A stretch of DNA of 64,000 bases. It comes from Octopus vulgaris. Its lineage: Eukaryota. The position numbers and the translations under genes were made by a program. Shown piece by piece: positions 42,148 to 53,566 of this stretch (its first letter is position 1; every line of letters starts with the position of its first letter). Location: assembly GCA_951406725.2 (NCBI GenBank), contig OX597817.1, positions 170,562,001 to 170,626,000 of the forward strand. Direction: 5' to 3'. The notes below the pieces were generated by a model. The model was not told the DNA's origin. It saw only the letters and a program-made list of their open reading frames with translations, and made no database searches.

Positions 42148-42242
42148 CCTTTATTTTCGACATATGTTTCGAAGGCTGCATATTCCTAATTGCGAAGGAA
42201 TAAGGAGTACATTATGCCGCTTTCTCATCAGGAAAAGCAAGG
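42148..42242 (-). ncRNA. Type I hammerhead ribozyme (left palindrome arm)
   Basis: CCTTGCTTTTC-CTGATGA-GAAAGCGGCATA...TATGCAGCCTTC-GAAA-CATATG-TC-GAAAATAAAGG; C17 at 42159. Confidence 0.8.
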
Positions 42243-42280
42243 AACTTATGTCAACATCAATCTTGATGTTGACATAAGTT

Positions 42281-42375
42281 CCTTGCTTTTCCTGATGAGA
42301 AAGCAGCATAATATACTCCTTATTCCTTCGCAATTAGGAATATGTAGCCTTCGAAACATATGTCGAAAATAAAGG
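42281..42375 (+). ncRNA. Type I hammerhead ribozyme (right palindrome arm)
   Basis: CTGATGA 42292-98, G10.1-C11.1 pair 42299/42352, GAAA 42353-56, palindromic CATATG stem III, GUC triplet 42362-64, stem I TTTTC/GAAAA plus distal CCTT/AAGG. Confidence 0.8.
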
Positions 42376-42420
42376 AATTTTGTTAATTCGTCATTCAACT
42401 CCATTCATTCATTTATTTAC

Positions 42421-42488
<68 letters not shown>

Positions 42489-42919
42489 GTGTGTGTTTGT
42501 GTGTCTGTGTTTGTCCTCCCAACATCGCTTGACAACCGATGCTGGTGTGTTACGTCCCTATAACTTAGCGGTTCGGCAAAAGACACCAATAGAATAAGTA
42601 CTAGGCTTACAATGAATAAGTCCTGGGGTCAATTTGCTTGACTAAAGGCGGTGCTCCAGCATGGCTTCAGTCAAATGACTGAAACAAGTAAAAGAGTAAA
42701 AGAGTAAAAGATAGAGAGAGTCAGCAGCACTTTCTTTTGAAAATTTGTCTATAGTTTAAGCTGTTCTTTTCAGATCAAGATCCTTCTCTAACCCCTAACC
42801 AAATAGGAATGACTTGTTAGCCAACCTCAAACAATACAAAGATTAAGTACTTTACTCAAGTGTTACTTGGGAATGGTGATACTAAGGTTTGAACAAGTCC
42901 AATAAAGAAGTCTCTACAT

Positions 42920-43452
42920 CAGGGGTTCTCAACCATTTTTTACCTTTGAATCTCTTTGATTATTATGTTATTCCGGTGGACCCCCATAGCCATTCCATGT
43001 TCAGAACTAGTTTTATGGAAACTTCTTTCAAAATTCCTATTTTGTTCTTCACATATGTGTAGGTTGAATTATCTAAAATAGGCGCGGGCATGGCTGTGTG
43101 GTTAGGGAGCTTGCTCCCTAGCTACATGGTTTCGGGTTCAGTCCCACTGCGTGGCACTTTGGGTAGGTGTCTTCCGCTATAGCCCCAAGCCGACCGGAGC
43201 TTTGTGATTGAATTTGGTAGGTGGAAGTTACTGCCGTGTGTGTATGTGTGTGTGTAGGTGCTTGTGCCTCTCCGAAAGAGAGTGAGAGGGATTAGAGACA
43301 GACACCTGGCTGTTTCTTGCAATAAATATACCTAAAGCAAAATTATTTCTGGGGCTCTTAAAATACTATTGTAGATCCCCAATTTACTATTTTACTGTGT
43401 AGACCTCCCAAAATCTTATATGGGCCCTCAGGGGCCATATAGACCCCAGTTG
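42920..43452 (-). mobile_element. hAT/Charlie-type MITE with nested SINE head (~43081-43300)
   Basis: CAGGGGTTCTCAACC terminus; 8-bp TSD CTCTACAT at 42912-19 and 43453-60. Confidence 0.85.
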
Positions 43453-43634
43453 CTCTACATGGTTACCCAATATGCAAGATATGGCAGCTGAATCGCCTTC
43501 AAACTACATCATACCATGTCAAAAAAAAACAGTACAAGATAGTTATAATAGGAATGTTTTTGGGTCTTGAGTTCAATCAGGATTGACCTGGAGGTTAAGC
43601 AGCAGCAACATCAGAAAGAAGGAGGAAGATGCTA

Positions 43635-44100
43635 TATCTTTGTAGTCTTACATGGTGTATAAAATAATGTGTGGTAAGTGGAATTGATCCTACCTCAGAA
43701 GTACCATATGCACATGGGTTAAACTACACCTTTATTGTGAATGCTTCTTCCATCAAAAAGCACCTCCAGAAATGCTATACCTATGACACCTGAGTTTCTA
43801 TAGAAGCTACCAAAAGAAACAATGGGAACTTGAGAAAAAAGAAGTTATTTTAATTAAGAAGAACAAACCACACAATAAGTACAGACCTGAACTACAAGCA
43901 GCTGATTGGTTACCATGGCAATGCAAAACAACCCTTCATACACATTTGCTACAGAACAGCGAAGCAGAGAAGTCAGCTAACATTGCCTTTTCTCCAAAGA
44001 TTTTCTGAAGAAGGGATCTTAACTATGAAATATAAGGTATCCATCAAGCAGTATATTCAATTTTTATCTCTTGCATTGTTTTGATCATAAAAAAATTATA
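43635..44100 (+). mobile_element. Decayed Penelope-like element 3' end: GIY-YIG endonuclease remnant plus pLTR with degenerate hammerhead
   Basis: SYMVYKIMCGKWN*SYLRST, SSIKKHLQKC, KEVILIKKNKP across frameshifts; CTGAAGA...GAAATATAAGGTATC at 44005-44041; ends in (TA)n. Confidence 0.6.
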
Positions 44101-44247
44101 TAATATATTATATTATATTATATCATATTATATATATATATATATATATCGACCACCACTGAAATTAATGAACCTTTTACATTCTAACAAATTAATGTAC
44201 AGTTTTAATTTCAAACTTACACCTTCTGTTTTGAACATGATAATTTA

Positions 44248-44335
44248 TCAACATTGAAACATTTTAACTTAACAACATCGAAACATTTCAGTTTGTCAAC
44301 ATTGAAACATTTTGATTTGTCAACATTGAAACTTA
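44248..44335. repeat. Minisatellite, ~4 x 24 bp (CAACATTGAAACATTT core)
   Basis: Direct. Confidence 0.8.
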
Positions 44336-44397
44336 TAAAGATGTTTTTCTAATTTTAAACTTTTACCATTGATAAACAAGAAATATTGTTGAAACTA

Positions 44398-44952
44398 CAG
44401 GGTCAGGCAAAATGATCTGACACATTTGTAGGTTATATTAAAGGCATTGTTTTTCGTTTCTTTTTCAGTTGCTGCCATGAATTGGACTGGTGAGCATCAC
44501 GCTTTCATTGTGGAAACGTTTATCAAAACAAACGATTCTGTAACTGCAACACAAAGAGCGTTCCGTTTGCACTTCAATCTTGGTAGACATGATCCCGTAC
44601 CAGCTCAAAACACGATCTTGTTATGGGTTACCAACTTCAGAGCTACTGGATCTGCATTGAAACGAAAATCAACCGGCCGACCTCGCACCGCCAGAACTTA
44701 AAGATGCAATTCGTCAAGAAATTACTGCCATTCCAAATGAAATGACCCGCTGAGTTATCGACAAATTTCGTGAACGCCTTCGACAGTGTGTGGACAATAA
44801 TGGATCCCATTTGACTGATTTAATTTTTAAAACATAATCAAACAAAATGGCATTATATGTACTTTTCAAAAATAAAAACACTTTTTTGTTTCTTTACTTC
44901 ATTTGCCTTTTATTTAACCTACAAATGTGTCAGATCATTTTGCCTGACCCTG
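44398..44952 (+). mobile_element. Internally deleted Tc1/mariner-superfamily transposon (555 bp)
   Basis: 49-bp TIRs (CAGGGTCAGGCAAAATGATCTGACACATTTGTAGGTTA..., 2 mismatches), TA duplication. Confidence 0.95.
44477..44838 (+). pseudogene. Transposase remnant: DUF4817-like HTH N-terminus joined to C-terminal helix region; catalytic core deleted
   Basis: MNWTGEHHAFIVETF...SVTATQRAFRLHF...WVTNFRATGS...GRPRTART then ELKDAIRQEITAIP...RLRQCVDNNGSHL. Confidence 0.85.
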
Positions 44953-45209
44953 TAGTTTGGTATATATGTAAATAAATGTATTTTAAACATTTACGAGTTT
45001 TTGAAATCTAAGTGCATTTTCAGCAACACATTTCCCTATATATATATATATATATATATATAGCTGTAATAATGAAGTCAAACCAAATAAGATTTTGAAA
45101 TCACTTAATACACACCTGGCAGTTTTGCGTGATATATAACAGGAAATGCAGCCATTACACAAACCTTTTTCCATTTCTTAATATTACATGAATTTTATAT
45201 CTATATCTA

Positions 45210-45282
<73 letters not shown>

Positions 45283-45307
45283 CTCTCTCTCTATATATAT
45301 ATATATA

Positions 45308-45657
45308 ATATTAATAATAACAAAGTATATGGGGACTTGTACATCCACAAAATTTATTTTATAGTTATATACAGCATATTTTATTATTATTATTATTCAT
45401 CGTTTAGCGTCCGCTTTCCATGCTGGCATGGGTTGGACGGTGCAACTGGGGTCTTGGAAGCCAGAAGGCTGCACCAGGCCCAGTCTGATCTGGCAATGTT
45501 TCTACGGCTGGATGCCCTTCCTAATGCCAACCACTCCATGAGTGTAGTGGGTGCTTTTTACGTGCCACCAGCACAGGTGCCAGACGAGGCTGGCAATAAA
45601 TATAAAATAAATTTTGTGGACGTACAAATCCTCATATTCTTTATTTTTATTAATATT
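45308..45657. repeat. ~60-bp inverted arms enclosing a family D retroposon (45395-45596)
   Basis: 45308-45368 is the reverse complement of ~45596-45657. Confidence 0.75.
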
Positions 45658-45798
45658 AATACAAAGGCAGTGAGCTGGCAGAATTGTTAGCATATATGCT
45701 AGATAATACATGCCTAATCCTTTGTTTTTGTGAAACAGGAAGAAATGTTCTTTTAATATAGAAACCTTTAACATTTATTCTTTATATTCTGTTGAAAT

Positions 45799-46754
45799 AT
45801 AGGCAGTGAACTGGCAGAAACATTAGCACACCAGGTGAAATGCTTAGCGGTATTTCATTTGCCACTACGTTCTGAGTTCAAATTCCGCCGAGGTCGACTT
45901 TGCCTTTCGTCCTTTCGAGGTCGATTGAATAAGTACCAGTTACGCACTGGAGTCGATATAATCGACTTAATCCGTCTGTCTGTCCTTGTTTGTCCCCTCT
46001 GTGTTTAGCCCCTTGTGGGTAGTAAATATATAGGTATTTCGTTTGCCGCTACATTCTGAGTTCAAATTCTGCCGAGGTCGACTTTGCCTTTCATCCTTTC
46101 GAGGTCGATTAAATAAGTACCAGTTACGCACTGGGGTCGATGTAATCGACTTAATCCGTTTGTCTATCCTTGTTGGTCTCCTCTGTGTTGAGCCCCTTGT
46201 GGGTAGTAAAGAAATAGGTATTTCGTCTGCCACTACGTTCTGAGTTCAAATTCCGCCGAGGTCGACTTTGCCTTTCATCCTTTCGAGGTCGATTAAATAA
46301 GTACCAGTTATGCACTGGGGTCGATATAATCGACTTAATCCGTTTGTCTGTCCTTGTTTGTCCCCTCTGTGTTTAGCCCCTTGTGGGTTGTAAAGATATA
46401 GGTATTTCGTTTGCTGCCACATTCTGAGTTCAAATTCCGCCGAGGGCAGCTTTGCCTTTCATCCTTTCGAGGTCGATTAAATAAGTACCAGTTATGCACT
46501 GGGGTCGATGTAATCGACTTAATCCGTTTGTCTATCCTTGTTTGTCCACTCTGTGTTTAGCCCCTTGTGAGTAGTAAAGAAATAGGTATTTCGTTTTCTT
46601 TATGTTCTGAGTTCAAATTCCACCGAGGTCGACTTTGCCTTTCATCCTTTCAGGGTTGATAAATTAAGTACCAGTTGTATACTGAGGTCGATCTAATTGA
46701 CTGCCTCCCCCCACCTCCCACAAAATTTCCAGCCTGGTGCCTAGAGCAGAAAAG
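45799..46754 (+). mobile_element. Family B SINE multimer: one head plus ~5 tandem 184-bp bodies in a single 15-bp TSD
   Basis: TTCTGAGTTCAAA at 45870, 46054, 46238, 46422, 46605; ATATTCTGTTGAAAT at 45784-98 and 46755-69. Confidence 0.9.
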
Positions 46755-47324
46755 ATATTCTGTTGAAATCTGTTGGATGTTATTTATGTATTTCAGGAAT
46801 ATAAAACACTGAATATTTTGTTCAATAGGGATTCTACATTAAATACCCATAATATCTTCTCATTGTTATAAATCTAAATTTCCATTGAAATATTTTAAAA
46901 TGCTGAACATTGAATGCTAAAGAGCAATGTGTACAAACTATACTGTTACTCGCACCAAACAAATTTTTATTAACATACATCTCATATTCAATATTCTTGT
47001 CATAAATAGCAATTGTTGTTGAAATATTTTAAAATATCTCATGCCTGAAAGTTGGATGGTCTATAATCATAATATTACATGTGCCAAACAGATCAAAAGG
47101 TCTTTTATTGCTAATGGATATCTCATATTCAATTTTATATTTAAGAATATAAGATCAGATGATTCGTCACTTTTATTATTAAGAATTGGTTAAATTTGAA
47201 ACTCAGTCACAATTTGTAAAGTTTCAGCCTAAAATTAATTTTACATCTGTCCTCTCTTCTTTCTATCTTTTACTTTCGATACACATGCATACACATACAA
47301 ACACATATAGATAGGTAGACAGAC

Positions 47325-47377
<53 letters not shown>

Positions 47378-47394
47378 TAGATAGATAGATAGAC

Positions 47395-47479
<85 letters not shown>

Positions 47480-48058
47480 TGTTTCTTTATTAGCCACACA
47501 GGGCTGCACACAGATTGAACAAATTACAAGGTAGAGCTTTTCTTTTTGGGGAGAAAGAAAAAAAAAGAAAGAAAAAATGGGGGGTAGGTTTTCAATCAAA
47601 AGGGATTGTAAAAGGAAAGAAAAAAGAAAGGGAAAGAGGAGAGACAGGAAAAAAAGTGGTGGAGAAAAAAACGATCAATAGGGATCGTGTATCACAGAAA
47701 TGTCATGATATAAAGTATAAAGGGGGAAACAGATGAGGTTTATCCATGTCACATGTTAACACATTTATTTGCAAGTAAGTTACTCTCTATTTAACATTTT
47801 TCCGGATTCATAGGATCATACTCAGGGTGGCTTCGTCATTCATACGTGCATCCTTGCTACATTCACCCAACTTTTTTTGAAACATTCGCTAGACAAAACT
47901 TGCCTCTCTACTCTCACTTTCCTTTTCAAGTGATACTTGAAGAAGTTGATGAGAGATTGACCAGAGAGGAAAGTGTTTGTCTGTAATCCTTTCAGACACA
48001 TCCACCAGATACATTCTTTCGCCATAGCCACAAGAATGATGAAAATAGCTCCTGTTTG
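47480..48058 (-). mobile_element. 5'-truncated Tx1/L1-like LINE 3' end inserted in (GATA)n
   Basis: ORF end AIFIILVAMAKECIWWMCLKGL...LINFFKYHLKRKVRVERQVLSSECFKKSWVNVARM*, T-rich 3' UTR, AATAAAGAAAC end; (GATA)n on both sides. Confidence 0.7.
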
Positions 48059-48519
48059 AAGATATAGATAGACAGGTAGACAAACAGACGACAGATAGAT
48101 AGATAGATAGATAGATACATACATGCACATGTGCATGTCTGTGTAATTAAATACGACTGTGCATGTGAATGTGTGGGTATGTGTGTGTATGTTGTATGTA
48201 TACTTTCTCATCCTCATCATGATGTTGTTTATGATTACCGTAAAAGTATGCCTTGCCATTCTGTTGTTAATTTGGCAAAAGTCCAGAGGGTAAAATTCTT
48301 TATCTGGATACAAGTAAGGGTTGGTGGTAGGAAGAGCACGCACCTGTAGAGTACTATCTTGACAAAGTCTCATCCAATCCATGCCAGCATGGGAAAAAGT
48401 GTTTGTGAATATTACGATGTTGTCAATATATCATCATCATCACTTCTTCTTTTAGCATCCACTTTTCCATGCTTGCACAGGTCAATAAATTTGTATGTAT
48501 GTATGTATGTATGCATGTT

Positions 48520-48860
48520 TATCATCATTATCATCACCATCATCGTTTAACGTCCGCTTTCCATGCTAGCATGGGTTGGACGATTTGACTTAGGACTGGC
48601 AAATCAGATGGCTGCACCAGACTCCAATCTGATCTGACAGAGTTTCTACAGCTGGATGCCCTTCCTAATGCCAACCACTCTAAGAGTGTGTGCTTTTACG
48701 TACCACCGGCATGAGGGTCAGTCAGGAGGTACTGGCAACGGCCACGCTCCAATGGTGCTTTTTATATCTGCCACCTGCACAGGAACCAGTCCAGCGGCAC
48801 TGGCAATGACCTCGCTCAAATGTTTTTTCACGTGCCGCCAGCACAAGTGCCAGTAAGGCA
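48520..48860 (-). mobile_element. Family D retroposon
   Basis: Similarity to 24300-24466. Confidence 0.8.
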
Positions 48861-50079
48861 ACACAGGTGACGATATAAATGTATATATATATGTATGTCT
48901 GTATGTATGTATGTATGTATTTGTACGTGTATAGGCACAGACATAACTGTGATTAAGAAGCTTGCTTCCCATATATACTTACTTGAGTAATCTCACAGAT
49001 TTGGTGTTTTTATCATCGTTACTTATGATTGTAAGCACAAAATGACACTTGATGGAAAATATTGCTTTTTTTCTTTTGTTGTAATCCCTTCTGAATAATG
49101 CTAAGTTATTAAGTAAAAATCTATATCTTTTATTTATACAGAAAAAAGAAAATACTTACTGATTAATCTTTACTGCAGAAAATCTGGGTACCTCAGTTCT
49201 TTACATGTGCACTTGAGACATAAGAACAGAATTGACTCATATTTGATAGCAGGGTACTTTCTAGAATTCTCCACATTTCATATGACATATTATGCAGATT
49301 ATATTTTTGCTGGTTGTAGGAACTGATTTGCATATGATTTGCATGTTACATCACCAGCAAAAATTTTATCTGAACAGTAAAGGTTAAAGCTCAGAAAGTG
49401 CACCAACCTGTAGAATACTATCTCAACAAAGTCTCATTCACCCCATGCCAACATGGAAAAAAGTGGTTGTAAAAATTATAATACTGTTGTCAATATATAC
49501 CATCATTGTCGTTGTCATCATTGCCATCGTTATTATATCATCCTCATCATTTTAGCGTCTGTTGAGATAGATTAGCTTAACCACAGAAGAAAACTTAGAA
49601 GCACATTTTAAATGTTCCTCTATGCCTACATGTCTGTTGTTGATGGTACTAGAATAAGAAGATATAAACATCTATTTGTATTCTAAGACTTCCATTTTCG
49701 CAACAGATTTTATTGTTTGTTCTTTCTGTGGCACAAATAAACACTTTTCAATGCAATTTCAACATTTTAGAAAAGGTAACGTGAAAATACTGACTTTGGT
49801 AAATGGAATAAAAATGTTTTCAAATGTTTGCCTTTGTGATTTATTTACTATCATTTCCATTACTAAATTAATTAGAAATGGCTTTCTTATTAATGTAAAT
49901 GAAGACGCATAAGTGCACAATATCTGCTGTGGTTATTTTGATGTGGGGTTGGTGATGGCAACAGTCAGTGGCACATTTCTAAGGCAGCTAAGTGGTGTAT
50001 GTACATATGATTCTTCTTTGAGCTTCATCCAAGTTCTTCTTATAAGAGTTCAAGCAAGTTCCTAATAAAGTAACAAGGC

Positions 50080-50696
50080 TATGTATGTATGTATGTATGT
50101 ATGTATGTATGTATGTATGTATGTATCTATGTATGTATGTATGTATGTGTGTATGTATGTATGTGTGTATGTGTGTGTATGTATGTATGTATGTATGTGT
50201 GTATGTATGTATGTGTGTATGTATGTATGTATGTATGTATGTATGTATGTATGTGTGTATGTATGTGTGTATGTATGTATGTGTGTATGTATGTATGTGT
50301 GTATGTATGTATGTGTGTATGTATGTATGTGTGTATGTATGTGTGTATGTATGTGTGTATGTATGTATGTATGTATGTATGTGTGTATGTATGTGTGTAT
50401 GTATGTGTGTGTGTATGTGTGTATGTATGTATGTATGTATGTATGTATGTATGTGTGTATGTATGTGTGTATGTATGTATGTGTGTATGTGTGTATGTGT
50501 GTATGTGTGTATGTATGTATGTATGTATGTATGTATGTATGTATGTGTGTGTGTATGTGTGTATGTGTGTATGTGTGTATGTATGTATGTATGTATGTAT
50601 GTATGTATGTGTGTATGTGTGTATGTATGTATGTATGTATGTATGTATGTATGTATGTATGTATGTATGTATGTATGTGTGTGTGTGTGTGTGTAT
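50080..50696. repeat. (TATG)n/(TG)n microsatellite, ~620 bp
   Basis: Direct. Confidence 0.95.
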
Positions 50697-51098
50697 CACT
50701 TGTTTCAGTCATTTGACTGCGGCCATGCTGGACACCACCTTTAGTCGGTAAAATCGACCCCCAGGACTTATTCTTTGTAAGCCTAGTACTTATTCTATCG
50801 GTCTTTTTTGCTGAACCGCTATGTGACGGGGACATAAAGACAGTTGTCAAATGATGTTGGTAGGGACAAACACAGACACACAAACATACAAACACACATA
50901 CATATATATATATACATATATATACATATAAGCTACGACAGGCTTTAACGTCCTTCAGTTTCCATCTACCAAATCCACTCACAAGGCTTGGTCGGCCCGA
51001 GGCTATAGTAGAAGACACTTGCCCAAGGTGCTACGCGGTGGGACTGAACCCGGAACCATGTGGTTCGTAAGCAAGCTATTTACCACATAGCCACTCCT
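50697..51098 (-). mobile_element. SINE family A
   Basis: Reverse complement of 9083-9491 type. Confidence 0.88.
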
Positions 51099-51205
51099 GT
51101 ATGTATGTATGTATGTGTGTGTGTATGTATGTATGTATGAATGTAAGTATGTATTCATATAAGTATAAATATATATACATGTATTTGTATATGTATATAA
51201 AAGGG

Positions 51206-51630
51206 TCAAGACCCCCTTCGGTCATGAATGACCATGGGATTGCACCTAGATAGTTCCCCTTCAAGGTTTGAATTAAAGACAAGATTATCACAGCTGGTAC
51301 ATTTTTCATCACAGGTCTGTATGGATCAATAACGATCTGATTGCTAATTTAGAAGACCTCCTTCAGTCATGAATGACCGTGAAATTGTACCTAGAATGCT
51401 CTCCTATGAGGCACAAGTCTGGGCAAGGTTGCCTATGGAAGACCAGCAGTCACCCGAGCATACCAGCCTCCCCTCTCACCCTTCTAATGTTATCCAGGGA
51501 AAAAGCTAATACAGCAACTCATTTCTGCAGCAACATGAAATAAAAGGTCTTGCTCAAGAACACAACAGCCACCCCAGTCTGGAAATCGAACTCGCAACCT
51601 CACAATTGTGAGACTGATGCTCTAACCACC
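51206..51630 (-). mobile_element. SINE with RTE-like tail, 3' end duplicated
   Basis: AAGACC.CCTTC.GTCATGAATGACC occurs twice; tRNA-like B-box GAGTTCGATTTCC on minus strand near 51590. Confidence 0.55.
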
Positions 51631-51643
51631 ATATATTTGTATA

Positions 51644-51734
<91 letters not shown>

Positions 51735-51773
51735 ATATCTATGTATGTATATGTTTGTGTGTGTGTGTGTGTG

Positions 51774-51811
<38 letters not shown>

Positions 51812-51819
<8 letters not shown>

Positions 51820-52250
51820 AGGAATCCACTTAGTGTGAGATTCAACACATTAGAGAGAACATCTAGGTTCTATAAACCACAAAAATAACGGATAAAATTC
51901 GACAGGAATAAATTTGGAAATGAGGTTGGACCTCGCCAAAGAAGATCAGACCTTGCGAGTTCCCCTGACTTGCTAAATGAAGATCAGAAACCAATTTGGT
52001 CTGGGGTACTAGATGGTAAATGTTTTTCATTTCCAAATTTATTCCTGTCGAATTTTGTCCGTTATTTTTGTGGTTCTCTAATGTGTTTAATCTCACACTA
52101 AGTGGATTCCTTATGTGTATAAATATGCACTATCGTATGACTAATATATAGTCTTCTTGACTAATTTTTTTGCATGTTAGACCACTGGAAATGTAAATTT
52201 TGTTTGGATATTTTAAATTTAATTAAATTCCATTTCCCTTTGATATGATT
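51812..52250. mobile_element. Fold-back element in (TA)n
   Basis: Arms 51812-51923 / 52027-52120; spacer has hammerhead-like 3' half GAAACCAATTTGGTC. Confidence 0.7.
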
Positions 52251-52518
52251 ATATATTTATATATATATATATATATATATTTTTAAACATAAGGATAAAA
52301 TCTTTATAAGAAATTATCAGTAGTTTGCATGAAAAACCTCGCAAGAGAAAAAATCTGTAAATTTTTTCAACTTTGAAATATTTATTTATATTATATAGAG
52401 GGTACTATTATTCATAGGTACCGCACGCTAGGAGGGACTTTTGCAGTCAAAACTACTAAAATAAACAAATTGTACCGAATGCAAAACTTCAAAGCAAGTC
52501 ATTTAAAAACAGAATTTA

Positions 52519-52582
52519 GTTACATATCACCTGTGATTTCGCAATCAATGCAGAATATGCATTCTATGCTCTTCAGTGCAAC
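52519..52582 (-). ncRNA. Type I hammerhead ribozyme, canonical core
   Basis: GTTGCA-CTGAAGA-GCA-TAG-AATGCA-TATTC-TGCATT-GAT-TGC-GAAA-TCAC-AG-GTGA-TA-TGTAAC; all three stems pair; predicted cut between 52525 and 52524 (AUA). Confidence 0.88.
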
Positions 52583-53010
52583 AAACTCAAGACATATAAG
52601 AAAAATCACATTACATACCCGACAACCAACCGTAGAATTCGCCGCAGCATGTACGAATGTTTATCTTTACATATCTATGAAAATGGCGGGCTTTTTCGCA
52701 ATGCATTTTGGTAACAACTTGCCTACTCGGAACAAAAATTCAGTATTGAACTATTCCGGTGAAAAATATAAATTTAAAAATAAGGATAAAATCTTTATAA
52801 TAAATTATCAGTAGTTAGCGTGAAAAACCTCGTAAGAGAAAAAATCTGTAAATTTTTTCAACTTTGAAAATATTTATTTATATTATATAGAAGGTACTAT
52901 TATTCATAGGTACCGCACGCTAGGAGAGACTTTTGCAGTCAAAACTACTAAAATAAACAAATTGTACCGAATGCAAAACTTCAAAGCAAGTCATTTAAAA
53001 ACAGAATTTA

Positions 53011-53074
53011 GTTACATATCACCTGTGATTTCGCAATCAATGCAGAATATGCATTCTATGCTCTTCAGTGCAAC
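53011..53074 (-). ncRNA. Type I hammerhead ribozyme, canonical core
   Basis: Identical to 52519-52582; predicted cut between 53017 and 53016. Confidence 0.88.
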
Positions 53075-53502
53075 AAACTCAAGACATATAAGAAAAATCA
53101 CATTACATACCCGACAACCAACCGTAGAATTCGCCGCAGCATGTACGAATGTTTATCTTTACATATCTATGAAAATGGCGGGCTTTTTCGCAATGCATTT
53201 TGGTAACAACTTGCCTACTCGGAACAAAAATTCAGTATTGAACTATTCCGGTGAAAAATATAAATTTAAAAGTAAGGATAAAATCTTTATAAGAAATTAT
53301 CAGTAGTTAGCGTGAAAAACCTCGTAAGAGAAAAAATCTGTAAATTTTTTCAACTTTGAAAATATTTATTTATATTATATAGAGGGTACTATTATTTATA
53401 GGTACCGCACGCTAGGAGGGACTTTTGCAGTCAAAACTACTAAAATAAACAAATTGTACCGAATGCAAAACTTCAAAGCAAGTCATTTAAAAACAGAATT
53501 TA

Positions 53503-53566
53503 GTTACATATCACCTGTGATTTCACAATCAATGCAGAATATGCATTCTATGCTCTTCCGTGCAAC
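53503..53566 (-). ncRNA. Mutated hammerhead copy (probably impaired)
   Basis: U4>G (CGGAAGA, position 53559) and C11.1>U (53525). Confidence 0.75.

Larger units (their letters stand above)
42105..42418. repeat. Near-perfect ~314-bp palindrome centred on 42261/42262
   Basis: ...TCAACATCAA-TC-TTGATGTTGA...; only a handful of arm mismatches. Confidence 0.95.
41382..42710 (+). mobile_element. SINE family A split by several insertions into its internal (TA)n tract
   Basis: 5' half 41382-41550 and 3' half ~42445-42710 flank the fold-back elements. Confidence 0.8.

Noticed and set aside
51958-52010. Hammerhead in the spacer of the 51.8-kb fold-back
   Set aside because: 3' half and stem I look right but CUGANGA is not intact; remnant at best
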